Position numbers and translations under genes: made by a program. A DNA stretch of 64,000 bases. Source: Candidatus Bathyarchaeota archaeon. Its GTDB lineage: Archaea > Thermoproteota > Bathyarchaeia > Bathyarchaeales > Bathycorpusculaceae. This document shows positions 1-10,120 of this stretch, piece by piece (position 1 is the stretch's first letter; every line of letters begins with the position of its first letter). The stretch is from the NCBI GenBank assembly GCA_963777155.1, contig CAVZPM010000036.1:32001-96000 (forward strand), read 5' to 3'. The notes beneath the pieces were generated by a model. It was not told the origin of the DNA. It searched no databases and saw nothing but the letters and a program-made list of their open reading frames with translations.

Positions 1-161
1 AAAACAAACAACGGAATCCTAAACACCGGCTCCGAATGCAGAACTGTAGTTGTTGGAGTCAACCCACTAAGGTAAGCAGCTAAGAAAAATCCGACAAATA
101 TGATGCCCACTGCTTCTACAGCAAACAAAAATTTTGTCAAACGGTTATTAAGTATCTCCAA
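1..161 (-). CDS. Small membrane protein, runs off the window (partial)
   Basis: Hand-translated from TTG at 161: LEILNNRLTKFLFAVEAVGIIFVGFFLAAYLSGLTPTTTVLHSEPVFRIPLFV; hydrophobic segment, no stop before the edge. Confidence 0.5.
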   Translation of the reverse strand, partial: MEILNNRLTKFLFAVEAVGIIFVGFFLAAYLSGLTPTTTVLHSEPVFRIPLFV

Positions 162-291
162 ACAAAGCCCTCTATACTATTAATTTCGAAGTTTAGGTAT
201 TTAACACTAACCATTAGCCCTAAGAATTTGGACTGCCATTACCGCAAGTATAATATACAATACCCAACGAATTAATTTAGAGAAACCTTCG

Positions 292-1232
292 GTGATTTTG
301 TTGGAACAGCAGAAATTCCTTACCCCACTGAAAATAGGCATATTCACAGTAACAATTGCATATTTCCTATTCACCTTGCATGCCATGTTCACGACTTTCA
401 TGGATTGGAGAGTGGGACAGAATTGGCGGTGGCTCATCTCAAACAGCTTTTTGGATATTAATAACCGATGTCGCAGCAGGTGTTTTTCCAGGACTTTTTA
501 GATTCTTAGGCAGCCTAATCGCAGTATCAGCAGTAAGTCTCTATGTTTCCAAAAAAAACCTACCTCCAACCACAATATACAAGTTGCTTAAGGTAATATT
601 TGTTTTTGAGGGTACTCTATTGGGTGGGTTTGTTGCCATCGGGTATTTGGGGTATTCTGCCGTTAGGAGGAAGCTTGACCCTAGGCTTTATCTTATCCAC
701 GGGTTTGCCTTGCATGGTTGCTTCAATTTGTATTCCAATTTCCCTGTTCATCCTTGCATTCAAGCTTAGCCCAAACAAGCCGATGAAAGGGCAGATAAAA
801 TGGGGCACGATTGCAGGCGTCTTTTACGTTCTGTCGTTTTGGCTCAACAACAGCGGCATGTGGATTATCACTGTAATGGGAAAAGGTTTTGGCTTTGTTA
901 CTGATACTCCCCAATACTTAGTCAGTTTCTTAACAACTTTGGTGGGGTTGCTTGCATTGACAATATTTACAGCATACTTCGCTGTGAAATCGATAAAAGC
1001 TGGACAAATCCACCTGCCAACCGTCGGCGCCATATTGACATCGTTAGGCATGTACTTCTTATGGAACTACTTAACATGGATCTTCTTCGGAGGCTGGAAT
1101 GAATGGTATGCATGGATACTTGGCCACAACTTGGATTTGTGGATGTTGTCACTTCCACTAGTTGGCTTGCCCCTGCTCTTCTACCGTAAACCCGTCAAAG
1201 AAATCATTGACACAGAAAACAAGAATGCATAA
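292..1232 (+). pseudogene. Multi-pass membrane protein split by two +1 frameshifts (~395, ~615); pseudogene or sequencing error
   Basis: ORFs 292-501, 356-769 and 600-1232 join into one continuous hydrophobic protein (..AMFT/LSWIGEW..VIFVFEG/YWVGLLPSG..). Confidence 0.65.
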
Positions 1233-1243
1233 AGCTTGAGGCT

Positions 1244-1402
1244 CTATTCGCCTCTTGTGTCATTTCTGTTACATTCCGCTTTTGGCCTGTACTCAACTTT
1301 CTTATGCCGTTCCTTGTGATGCCTCTCGCACTCTTTTATGCGTACAAGCATCCACTCGTTTTCTTCGTAAACGCATCCGCAAAGCAATGTTTTAGTAGTC
1401 AA
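1244..1402 (-). CDS. 52-aa hypothetical microprotein with Cys/His residues
   Basis: Hand translation from TTG: MTTKTLLCGCVYEENEWMLVRIKECERHHKERHKK... Confidence 0.4.
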   Translation of the reverse strand: MTTKTLLCGCVYEENEWMLVRIKECERHHKERHKKVEYRPKAECNRNDTRGE

Positions 1403-1568
1403 AACTCGTGCACTTCAAACAGGCTAACAAAATCAATATAGCATCTTAACTCATAACAATTTCGATAAAAAACCGACAAACAAGCTTTTTGACAAATGTA
1501 AGGCTGTTATTTAAGAGGATAACATTTTAGAGTGTGAAACGTTACTTGTTTGCTTGTAGTGTCGAAAT

Positions 1569-1694
1569 ATGAGCGTTATGAGTAGAAAAAATAAGAATAC
1601 ACAACTTGAAAGACAAAAGAAAGAACAACGTGAAAAAGAAGCAAAAAAGAAAGCTATGTTAAATCAGCTTCCTCCTAAAGGAAAAAAGAAATAA
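1569..1694 (+). CDS. 41-aa highly basic microprotein
   Basis: MSVMSRKNKNTQLERQKKEQREKEAKKKAMLNQLPPKGKKK; AT-rich TATA-like sequence near 1507-1513. Confidence 0.5.
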   Translation: MSVMSRKNKNTQLERQKKEQREKEAKKKAMLNQLPPKGKKK

Positions 1695-1713
1695 TCTTTT
1701 AAGCTTCACTGGA

Positions 1714-2349
1714 CTACCAATCGTCCCGTTTGCTTAACTGCTCTTTCTTTATCGTTTTTTCAATTTCTCTAAAAACAATCTTCTCCGGTTCAGAGACAAC
1801 CGCTAAGTCTTTTCCTGCAACACTTTTAACAGTTGGAACCTTAACAAACCTCGATTCTCGGGTTTGTGGCACATAATCCACGTTCAATTCTTTAGAAGCT
1901 TCAGAGAGCTTTTCTCCGGAAGACCAAAACTCGTACATCTCAACTTTTATAGTGTAGGACCCAGCAGGTATTCCTTTCATATCCAGCACGGGCGTTAACT
2001 CAAACTCGTCAGCTGCCAAAGAACCCTGAGGTATCCTGATAGATACAGATCTGATTTGTTGATTATCAAACCATAAAACGAAGTGGACCTTTGAAAACGC
2101 GGTTCTTGAAGGAACCAGCCTGAAGTCGACTTTGAGTGATAGTTCATCTACCTTAGTTGTGGTAGAAATTTCGGTTATAACTATTTGTTTTTCGGTTTTT
2201 TGTTGAATAACCTCTTTTTTGGCATCATTATCTGTCCTATCGTACTTACGGTCTAGCGTTTGTTGTTTTGATGCTTTAGTATTTTGAGTCATCTTGCTGT
2301 TTGAGTCTTTTTTTCTTTTCGTTCCTATCTTCAGGAAGTTTGTTTGCAC
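1714..2349 (-). CDS. Hypothetical protein (Ig-like beta domain, basic N-terminus)
   Basis: 211-aa ORF; beta-rich core with GSYTIKVEM motif. Confidence 0.75.
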   Translation of the reverse strand: MQTNFLKIGTKRKKDSNSKMTQNTKASKQQTLDRKYDRTDNDAKKEVIQQKTEKQIVITEISTTTKVDELSLKVDFRLVPSRTAFSKVHFVLWFDNQQIRSVSIRIPQGSLAADEFELTPVLDMKGIPAGSYTIKVEMYEFWSSGEKLSEASKELNVDYVPQTRESRFVKVPTVKSVAGKDLAVVSEPEKIVFREIEKTIKKEQLSKRDDW

Positions 2350-2501
2350 TTTTTATCCGTAGCAAAGTGCTTCTAGAGCATACTGCTTGTTTTCCAGTTT
2401 AGCCTTTTTTTGTCCAACGGCAAATTCAACTTTTAGTTCTTTCAGGCGCCTTCCATTTACTGTCTCATGAGTAATACTAGTTCGCATTCATACAAATGAC
2501 A

Positions 2502-3062
2502 CTAAAACCCCTTTCCATCATGGAAGTTTTTATGAGCCTTTAATATTTCTTCGCGCCACTTGTTTTCCCAGCTTGCCCAACCAGTTTTCACAAGACCCTC
2601 CCTGACCTGCGGTTTCTCGGCAACCCACTCCAGAAATTTCCAAAAACGCCTCTTATCCTGCAAAATTTCCTCCGGCACACCTTTTTCGACGCACCATCGC
2701 GTGTAGGCTTTTTCAACAAGTGGCTTGAGTTCGCCCGTGGATTCGACTCTTTGAACGTTGAATCCTTGATTCTGAAGGTACAATGCTAAGCTGGAGAGGA
2801 CATATTCTGAACTGACTCTAAAACAAGTTTCTCCATCAGGCTTCATAACAGCGATAATTTCGTTGGCAATTTTAATTGCATCTTCCAAGTATTTTTTGTT
2901 GTGGAAGTTTGGCGATTGAAAGGATGCTGTTGGGATTCGGCGTTCCATCAACATTGGATGCGGAGGCTTGAGTGCGCCAACGACTACGCCAAGTAGCAGG
3001 TCGCTCCATCCCGAAGCATCAATAATAATTGTTTTGTCAGGAAGAAAACAATCTAACGCCAA
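2502..3062 (-). CDS. Hypothetical protein with RNase H-like N-terminal motif
   Basis: TIIIDASGWSDLLLGVVVGA resembles the RNase HII first strand (GIDEAGRGP..GPVVVA). Confidence 0.7.
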   Translation of the reverse strand: MALDCFLPDKTIIIDASGWSDLLLGVVVGALKPPHPMLMERRIPTASFQSPNFHNKKYLEDAIKIANEIIAVMKPDGETCFRVSSEYVLSSLALYLQNQGFNVQRVESTGELKPLVEKAYTRWCVEKGVPEEILQDKRRFWKFLEWVAEKPQVREGLVKTGWASWENKWREEILKAHKNFHDGKGF

Positions 3063-3288
3063 ACTCTATCACTCAAGGATTAGGGATTATTGCCGGGTTG
3101 GCTTTTCTATCTTTTGCTTATAATATAGTAATATTAGGGGAAAATAACCAACAATCGCAAAACTCTTTTAGTGCTCTTTGTGTGGGTGTGGAGGCATGTT
3201 GGCGCTTCTAATCCTGTATCACATACCTGGTTTTTCTTTCTGAAGTACTAAACTACGGTTTCATAAGAAATACAGTTAGAAGAGTTGG

Positions 3289-3364
3289 TGGTAGCCCGTG
3301 AGAGATTCGAACTCTCGTCGTCGGGTCCAAAGCCCGATATGCTTGACCACTACACCAACGGGCT
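3289..3364 (-). tRNA. tRNA-Gln(UUG), CCA encoded, no intron
   Basis: Cloverleaf: acceptor AGCCCGT/ACGGGCT (A1-U72), anticodon arm TCGGG-CTTTGGA-CCCGA, T arm GAGAG-TTCGAAT-CTCTC, ends ACCA. Confidence 0.96.
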
Positions 3365-3733
3365 GCACGGTTTCAATTAGCACTTGTTTTATTTATTGTT
3401 AGAGGTTTAATGGGTGTCTTTTTTCTTAATAAGGATTCTCAATTAGATGGATGAATCGTTTGGTGGTAATGGGGTAAAATTTATGAGAAATCTTACGGTA
3501 TCTTCCGTGCGCTGTTTTGCGCTTTTTTACACTTTTCTATGTCATTTTCCATGAGCCAATATTGGATATGTTAGGTAATTAGAAGCCATAGTGTGCAATA
3601 GGTTTAATAAACCACAAAACTTAAATATTAGAGACGTTCATCAGGTAAGTTTGCGCGGGCCGAATGTACTATTTTCTAGCCAGATTGGCCTATGGTGACG
3701 GTTCTACGCATGTTTAAATCGAGGTAGAAGAGA

Positions 3734-4678
3734 TTGAGCAAAAAAGAAACACCACCACGCACATCACAGCGCTTAGTTGACAAGTGCCCAGAGTGCGGTA
3801 GCGAGAATTTAGTTCACGATTATGATACAGGAGAAACCGTATGTGGCGACTGCGGATTAGTCGTCTACGAACAGATGATGGATAAAGGACCAGAATGGCG
3901 CGCATTCACCCAGGAAGAAAAAGCTTCCAGAAGCCGTGTCGGTGTCCCAACATCCTACTCAGTACACGACAAAGGATTATCCACCGCGATTAGCCAAGTT
4001 GACCGCGATGCGTTCGGACGCAAACTACCCCTATCCACTAGGTTGCAGATGTGGCGTCTACGCAAATGGCAAATCCGCTCACGTGTCCATTCATCTGTCG
4101 ACCGAAACCTTGCCCAAGCCATGGCTGAACTTGACCGCTTATCCGACAAAGTCTACATTCCACCACCAATTAAAGAAAAAGCCGCCGTCGTCTACCGTAA
4201 AGCACTCGACAAAGGCTTGGTCAGAGGCAGATCAATTGCCGCCATTGCTGCTGCAGCTTTGTATGCTGCTTGCCGCGGAAGCGGAACCCCACGTACACTA
4301 CGAGAAATCGCTGAAGCAAGCTTAGTCGACAAGAAAGACGTTGCAAGATGCTACCGACTTCTGCTACGTGAACTCGATGTCCACATGCCAATCGCCGATC
4401 CATTAACCTACGTCTCCAAAATCGCTGAGAAAACAGGCATTTCAGGCAAAACCCAAGGAGCAGCCATCCAAATTCTCCGAGAAGCAAGACGGAAACGTGC
4501 CGCGGCGGGAAAAGACCCGATGGGTTTAGCCGCAGCCGCCCTCTACATTGCGTGCTTGCAAAACAACGAGAAGAAAACCCAAAAAGACATAGCCGAAGCT
4601 GCTGGCGTAACCGAAGTAACTGTTCGCAACCGCTACAAGACCCTCAAAAAACAGTTAAATCTAGAGTTGCCTGATTAG
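3734..4678 (+). CDS. tfb: Transcription initiation factor IIB (TFB)
   Basis: Zn ribbon CPECGS..CGDCG, GPEWRAF B-reader, two cyclin repeats, VTEVTVRNRYK. Confidence 0.98.
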   Translation: MSKKETPPRTSQRLVDKCPECGSENLVHDYDTGETVCGDCGLVVYEQMMDKGPEWRAFTQEEKASRSRVGVPTSYSVHDKGLSTAISQVDRDAFGRKLPLSTRLQMWRLRKWQIRSRVHSSVDRNLAQAMAELDRLSDKVYIPPPIKEKAAVVYRKALDKGLVRGRSIAAIAAAALYAACRGSGTPRTLREIAEASLVDKKDVARCYRLLLRELDVHMPIADPLTYVSKIAEKTGISGKTQGAAIQILREARRKRAAAGKDPMGLAAAALYIACLQNNEKKTQKDIAEAAGVTEVTVRNRYKTLKKQLNLELPD

Positions 4679-4683
4679 GCACT

Positions 4684-4908
4684 TTACTTCTTTTCAGAAT
4701 TTGTTTCTGCTTCTTCTTTTTCTAGTTCCATAACAATTATACCCAGGTAACCGCAGTCTTCACAATAGTATTGCTTCGGAGTTAACCAAACCGCTAGGCT
4801 ACTGGACAACTGGATTTTTGGGCTGGCACAACGGGGGCAGTAGATTTGGGCGGGCTTTCGATGTTTTGTATTTTTAAATATATCTCGAATGCCATCTAGG
4901 TTTTTCAT
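4684..4908 (-). CDS. Small Zn-ribbon protein
   Basis: CPRCAS...YYCEDCGY motif pair. Confidence 0.8.
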   Translation of the reverse strand: MKNLDGIRDIFKNTKHRKPAQIYCPRCASPKIQLSSSLAVWLTPKQYYCEDCGYLGIIVMELEKEEAETNSEKK

Positions 4909-4948
4909 TAGGAAATAATCACCATAGATTTAGGGGAGTTTGCGTTGC

Positions 4949-5257
4949 TTATTGGAGTTCGATGTTCTCTTGTGGATAACCCATCTTTACAAGGAATTCG
5001 CGCACTCGATCTCGGTGGTCACCTTGAAGCATGATTTGCCCGTTTTTGCTGGTTCCGCCGCATGCACAGTATGTTTTGAGTTTTTGGGCAATACTGGTTA
5101 AATTCGAGTTTTTATCATCCATGCCATCGATGATGGTGGTTGCTTTGCCAAATTTCCGGGTTTCAAGACGAATACGAATGCGCTGTTGCTCTTTTTCTAT
5201 TTCTCCACAAACGCAAAGGTCCTTTGGTAGTCCGCATGTTGAACAAACTTCAGCCAT
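4949..5257 (-). CDS. sui1: Translation initiation factor aIF1 (SUI1 family)
   Basis: MAEVCSTCGLPKDLCVC...LKTYCACGGT..IMLQGDHR. Confidence 0.95.
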   Translation of the reverse strand: MAEVCSTCGLPKDLCVCGEIEKEQQRIRIRLETRKFGKATTIIDGMDDKNSNLTSIAQKLKTYCACGGTSKNGQIMLQGDHRDRVREFLVKMGYPQENIELQ

Positions 5258-5428
5258 GACACTCAACAGAGAAATTAGCAACAGCCGTATATAAGAGTTT
5301 CAAGGCTTCAAAGAAGATTTTTCTAGATTAACGCTGATTGTTTAGCCAAAGCTTGAAACGTTAGAAAAGAACCCAACAAATAAATATCGATAAGATTAAA
5401 GTGTAAATTTGAAGGTGAACAACAAATC

Positions 5429-6001
5429 ATGACCGCTACACTGAAAAGATGCTGGAATGTTGACAAACCTCTCTACATCAGATACCACGATGAAGAATGG
5501 GGCATTCCCGTCCATGATGACCAGAAACTATTTGAGTTTTTGGTTTTAGATGGTTTTCAAGCTGGGTTATCATGGTGGCTGATTCTAGAGAAGCGAGAAG
5601 CCTTTAGGGCAGCGTTTGATGGCTTCGACCCCGTAAAAGTTGCAAAATACACCATCAAAGATTTTGAGCGTTTAATGAAAGCTCCCGGCGTAGTTAAGAA
5701 CCGAGCCAAAATCTCCGCAACCATAACGAACGCGCAAGAGTTTCTCAAGGTTCAAAAAGAATTTGGCTCCTTTGACAAATTCATCTGGCAATTTGTAAAT
5801 GGAAAAACAATTCAGAATGCTTTCAAGGATTTTTCCGAAATACCATCTGAGACAGAACAGTCAAGAGTGATGAGCCGAGAACTCAAAGCGAGAGGATTTA
5901 AGTTCGTGGGACCAACAATATGCTATGCTTTCATGCAGGCTGCAGGACTAGTAAACGATCATTTGGTAGACTGTTTTCGATATACCCAGCTTCAAAGTTA
6001 A
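5429..6001 (+). CDS. tag: DNA-3-methyladenine glycosylase I
   Basis: YHDEEWG, QAGLSW, FKFVGPT and NDHLVDC motifs. Confidence 0.96.
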   Translation: MTATLKRCWNVDKPLYIRYHDEEWGIPVHDDQKLFEFLVLDGFQAGLSWWLILEKREAFRAAFDGFDPVKVAKYTIKDFERLMKAPGVVKNRAKISATITNAQEFLKVQKEFGSFDKFIWQFVNGKTIQNAFKDFSEIPSETEQSRVMSRELKARGFKFVGPTICYAFMQAAGLVNDHLVDCFRYTQLQS

Positions 6002-6579
6002 ATTTTGGATTTATTTTGTTCATTGAAGAGGTTGAACAGGGCTAATTCGTCGTCTGTTATGCCTTCTTGGTGTAGTTTGTTTATGCAAGTTTGGTATTGT
6101 TTTTTCGTGAACTTTGATGGTTTGAGGGTTTCTTGGCTTGCACCTGAAAAGTGATAAGTCTCTTTGGCAGATCTGCCTTTTCGCAGGGCAATTCGCATCC
6201 TTTTAAATCTGTTAAGAGGTTCGCAGTCTTGGGTTTGCATTCCAAAAGCAGTTTTTGGGAAGAGTCGACAGCCTTCAGGCCGAATTTCGTAAATAGAGCA
6301 GGACTTATCCACCAGAAAGGGGCAGGGGTTTTGCTGGACATATTTGTCGTATTCTGATTCGCTGGCTTCCCAAATCTTGCCCAAGGCTTCAAAGAGGATC
6401 TTTACTTTGGCGTGGGTTTCGGGGTGGCTTTGGGGGTTGGCGGTGATTTCTCCTGCAGTCAAGAAATCCTCAAGCGTACAGCAAACACCGCATTTACTGC
6501 ATAAAAAAGGCAGGTTAATAGACCAAACACCATTTTTGTATCTAAACTCCAAATGCAGATAAAATGTTTCAACCATCAT
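5998..6579 (-). CDS. YkgJ-family Zn/Fe-chelating cysteine-cluster protein
   Basis: CSKCGVCC...CPFL..CSIYEIRPEGCRLFP. Confidence 0.88.
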   Translation of the reverse strand: MMVETFYLHLEFRYKNGVWSINLPFLCSKCGVCCTLEDFLTAGEITANPQSHPETHAKVKILFEALGKIWEASESEYDKYVQQNPCPFLVDKSCSIYEIRPEGCRLFPKTAFGMQTQDCEPLNRFKRMRIALRKGRSAKETYHFSGASQETLKPSKFTKKQYQTCINKLHQEGITDDELALFNLFNEQNKSKI

Positions 6580-6743
6580 GCGTCCAACAAAGTAACATCT
6601 TCGCTTTTCTCTTTCAACCTTTCGCCCAAAAGAATAGAATAGATATCAAACTTGGTCCTGTTATGTTTGCAAGAGCTATTATATTGAGCTCTCTTTAGGT
6701 TGGTTGTTAGGAATTTAACGGACCGACAAAAAACTTTGTTCCT

Positions 6744-7097
6744 TCATTTTTTGACTTTCTCTTTGTGCCCAAAATGCCGACCAACATAAACCAGGATAAT
6801 AATACTCCACATTGCGCCTAATGCTATTAACACCAGTTTAGCTAGTTGTGTAATGTCGAATTGGGATATGGCTTCAGCAAACGATTGGCCACCAAGCGAT
6901 AGGGGTGAGCCAGGCATAACTTTGGGGGTCGGAGTAGGAGTTGGCACTGGAGTGGATGTTGTGATGGGGGTGGGCGAGGAGGTGGGTTGGGTAGTTTGGG
7001 CCAAGGTCGTATGAATGTTAGCAATCAGAAACATGATGGTCAGCAAGATTGTGGCAATAAGCGCTAACCCGACGAGTTTTCTTATGCTTCCACCCAC
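6744..7097 (-). CDS. Small membrane protein with Pro/Thr linker
   Basis: N-terminal signal/TM, PT-rich stretch, C-terminal TM plus basic tail. Confidence 0.75.
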   Translation of the reverse strand: MGGSIRKLVGLALIATILLTIMFLIANIHTTLAQTTQPTSSPTPITTSTPVPTPTPTPKVMPGSPLSLGGQSFAEAISQFDITQLAKLVLIALGAMWSIIILVYVGRHFGHKEKVKK

Positions 7098-7156
7098 TCT
7101 TGATAATGGCGGCTTAGAAATTTAAAACTATTCAAAAAATCAAAAATAAAAAGAAA

Positions 7157-9982
7157 CTAAGCCGGTGTGGCTTCTCGTGGTTCCCGAACGACTTTTTTGC
7201 CTTGAGAAACCGAGATGTCCTGCAACTGTTTTTCCTGTTTTGTTTGTGGTGGTTCAGGGAGCTTTTGTTGTATGCAGCGAAAGTCAATGTCTTCTTCTTT
7301 CAGGTTGAGTTCGGCTTTGACGGTGCCATCATTTAAGTATTCAATCTTGAAGCCCATCTTCTTTGACAAGCTTAAGGCACGGTAGTTGTCCTGCAGGATG
7401 ATCGAGTGGACGCTTTCCATGCCCCTTTCCTTTGCGATGTCAAGCACATAATCGACCATTTTTGTGCCTAACCCTAAGCCTTGCCAATAATCGCTAACAA
7501 GGAAAGCGATTTCACCGCTTTTCTCATCAGATTCGATGCTTAAACGGGTTACGCCAAGGATTCTTCTTTTACCGTTTTCAACGATTTCGGCGACTATAGC
7601 AATTTCACGATCATAGTCAATGTTGCAATAGCGGACTCGGACTTCATGTGGTGTATCTTTCAACATCTGGAAGAAACGATACCGTATAGATTCTTCTGAG
7701 AGGCTTTGGAACATTTCAAGCCATAGTGGTTCATCTTCAGGTTTTATGGGGCGAAGTAATACTTCTTGTCCATTTTTGAGCAGCCAGAGTATTTCGTATT
7801 TTTTGGGGTATGGACTTATGACCATGTGTTCATGGGGTTCAAATTTCTTGCAGACGTTGTCTTTGTTGATAACTATGCGGGCGTCAAGGATTGTTGCGTC
7901 TTTCTCGCTGACAAGTAGGGGGTTTATGTCTATTTCTTTTATCTGTGGGAAATCAACTAGCAGTTGTGAGAACATCAGTACGGTTTCGTCAAGTTTTTTA
8001 AGGTCTACTGGCGGTGCGTTTCTCCAGCCTTTGAGTAGACGATAGACTTTGGTTTCTTCCATAATTCGGTGTATTAAGGTTGTGTTTAACGGGGGCAGAC
8101 CAATCGAGGTGTCTTTGAAGAGCTCCACGCCTACACCACCGCTACCGAAGAGGATAACGGGACCAAACACGGGGTCGGTTTTTCCGCCGATGATTAGTTC
8201 ATAGCCCTTCTTCTCAATCATAGGTTGAACGGTGACGCCGATTATTTGGGCATTCGGGTTGTAGGCTGTTGCTCTCTGGATCAATAGTTCGAAGGCGCTT
8301 CGGACTTCGTCCGGGGAGTTAACGTTTAGGATTACTCCGCCTGCATCGCTTTTATGAACGATCTGCGGTGACAGAATCTTGAGCACCACTGGGAAACCCA
8401 TTTCCTGCGCGAATGCCACCGCCTCGTCAACGTTGTTTGCGACTGAGGTTTTTACGACTGGGAAATTGTAGTATTTAAGTATCTTTTTAGCTTCGTCTTC
8501 GGTAAGGATTTCGCGATCTTCAAACGCAGCGTTTCGCAGGATTGCCATTATTGGGCGTTTAGGTGGGGCAGCATCAACGGGCAATTCTTCTGGGGTTTCG
8601 TATAGAAGATCTATGTTACGTTGGTAATCGTACATGTACATGTATGTTCTAACGGCTTGTTCGGGTGTTGAGTACGTGGGGATATTGTTGGCGTTTAGGA
8701 TGCTGTTTGCCTCCTGAACGGCACCATAACCCATAAACGAGGTGAGGATTGTCTTGTTCTGGAAGGTCTTATTGCGAACAAGTTCAACAATATTTTTTGA
8801 GATTTCAACTGATTCTGAAACAGCCTGTTGAGTGAAAACAATCAAAATACCATCAATGTTTTCATCATTTAAGCAGGCTTCAACCGCTGCTTTGTACCTT
8901 TCAGACTTGGCATCTCCAAGGACATCGATGGGGTTGCCGTGGCTCCAAAACGGAGGTAGAACAGCGTTAAGAGAATCCATCGTTTTCTGGCTTAGCTTAG
9001 CCAATTTGCCGCCCTGAGCAATCAATGCGTCAGTCGCCATGACGCCGGGTCCACCAGCGTTGGTGATTATGGCTAATCTTGGTCCCTTTGGTAACGGTTG
9101 GGTTCCTAGAACCTCCGCTGCATTAAACAAGTCAGCTATCTCGTTGACACGGACAATACCCGCGCGTTTGAATGCCGCATCGTAGATTCCATCTTCGCCA
9201 GATAGTGAACCCGTGTGAGAAGCCGCGGCTTTGGCACTCTCAGAAAACTTGCCCGACTTTACAACGATTATGGGTTTTGTTCTTGCGAAGTGTCTTGCAG
9301 CACTCATAAATTTGCGGGCTTCAGTTATGCCCTCCACATACATTAGGATACTTTTGGTTTTGGGGTCTGATCCAAAATAATCGATCAAGTCGCCAAAATC
9401 TACATCAATCATGGAGCCTACAGAGACAAAGTTGCTGAATCCAATATTTTCATGTAGAGCCCAGTCAAGGATTGCAGAACCCAAAGCGCCACTCTGTGAC
9501 AGAAAAGCTACGTTGCCGGCTTTGGGCATTTTATCTAGGAAGGTAGCATTCAAATTGTTTCGGGGACGAATTATTCCGATGCAGTTGGGACCAATTATTC
9601 GGATGCCGTATTTCTTGGCGATTTCTAGAGTTTTTTCTTCAAGCGCTTTGCCCGCTGGCCCAGTTTCTTTGAAGCCAGCTGAAACTATTATTGCTCCTTT
9701 GACTTTTCCTTTTCCGCATTCCTCCATCACGTCTGGAACGGTTTTGGCTGGAGTAGCGATTATGGCTAAGTCAACAGGCTCAGGAACCTGATCCACTGTC
9801 GGGTAGGTTTTAACTCCTAGAATTTCTGGTTTACGAATGTTAACAAAGTAAACTTTTCCAGTGTAACCCATTTGGGTAAAATTTTTAACTATGGCGTAAC
9901 CGACAGACCCTTCAACGTCGCTGGCTCCAATGATGGCTACATTTTGAGGATTGAAGATCTTGTCAAGGTTTGTGGTGACCAT
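7157..9982 (-). CDS. ADP-forming acyl-CoA synthetase (alpha-beta) fused to a C-terminal GNAT (Pat/YfiQ-like)
   Basis: CoA-binding IIGAS, GPNCIG, SQSG, ASHTGS, NAGGPG, NPIDV; ATP-grasp HKSDAGGV, DPVFGP, EIDINP; GNAT WQGLGLGT. Confidence 0.93.
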   Translation of the reverse strand: MVTTNLDKIFNPQNVAIIGASDVEGSVGYAIVKNFTQMGYTGKVYFVNIRKPEILGVKTYPTVDQVPEPVDLAIIATPAKTVPDVMEECGKGKVKGAIIVSAGFKETGPAGKALEEKTLEIAKKYGIRIIGPNCIGIIRPRNNLNATFLDKMPKAGNVAFLSQSGALGSAILDWALHENIGFSNFVSVGSMIDVDFGDLIDYFGSDPKTKSILMYVEGITEARKFMSAARHFARTKPIIVVKSGKFSESAKAAASHTGSLSGEDGIYDAAFKRAGIVRVNEIADLFNAAEVLGTQPLPKGPRLAIITNAGGPGVMATDALIAQGGKLAKLSQKTMDSLNAVLPPFWSHGNPIDVLGDAKSERYKAAVEACLNDENIDGILIVFTQQAVSESVEISKNIVELVRNKTFQNKTILTSFMGYGAVQEANSILNANNIPTYSTPEQAVRTYMYMYDYQRNIDLLYETPEELPVDAAPPKRPIMAILRNAAFEDREILTEDEAKKILKYYNFPVVKTSVANNVDEAVAFAQEMGFPVVLKILSPQIVHKSDAGGVILNVNSPDEVRSAFELLIQRATAYNPNAQIIGVTVQPMIEKKGYELIIGGKTDPVFGPVILFGSGGVGVELFKDTSIGLPPLNTTLIHRIMEETKVYRLLKGWRNAPPVDLKKLDETVLMFSQLLVDFPQIKEIDINPLLVSEKDATILDARIVINKDNVCKKFEPHEHMVISPYPKKYEILWLLKNGQEVLLRPIKPEDEPLWLEMFQSLSEESIRYRFFQMLKDTPHEVRVRYCNIDYDREIAIVAEIVENGKRRILGVTRLSIESDEKSGEIAFLVSDYWQGLGLGTKMVDYVLDIAKERGMESVHSIILQDNYRALSLSKKMGFKIEYLNDGTVKAELNLKEEDIDFRCIQQKLPEPPQTKQEKQLQDISVSQGKKVVREPREATPA

Positions 9983-10043
9983 TATTTAACCTCTGCTTAG
10001 GGTCGTATAATGCCATAAATTAAAGGTTACTGTTCCAGAATCA

Positions 10044-10064
10044 GTATTTTCCACTACAAAATAC
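10044..10064. promoter_or_regulatory. Perfect 7-7-7 palindrome GTATTTT-N7-AAAATAC upstream of the ACD-GNAT gene; possible operator
   Basis: Read directly; lies ~20 bp upstream of a TATA-like TTTAATTTAT on the minus strand. Confidence 0.35.
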
Positions 10065-10120
10065 GGCTCAAAGGTCAAAAAGAACGTTTTGGGGGGGATT
10101 ATATATTCATGAAGACTAAG

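Noticed and set aside
2353-2487. 44-aa minus-strand ORF (MRTSITHETVNGRR...)
   Set aside because: No motif or independent support; cannot be distinguished from a chance ORF
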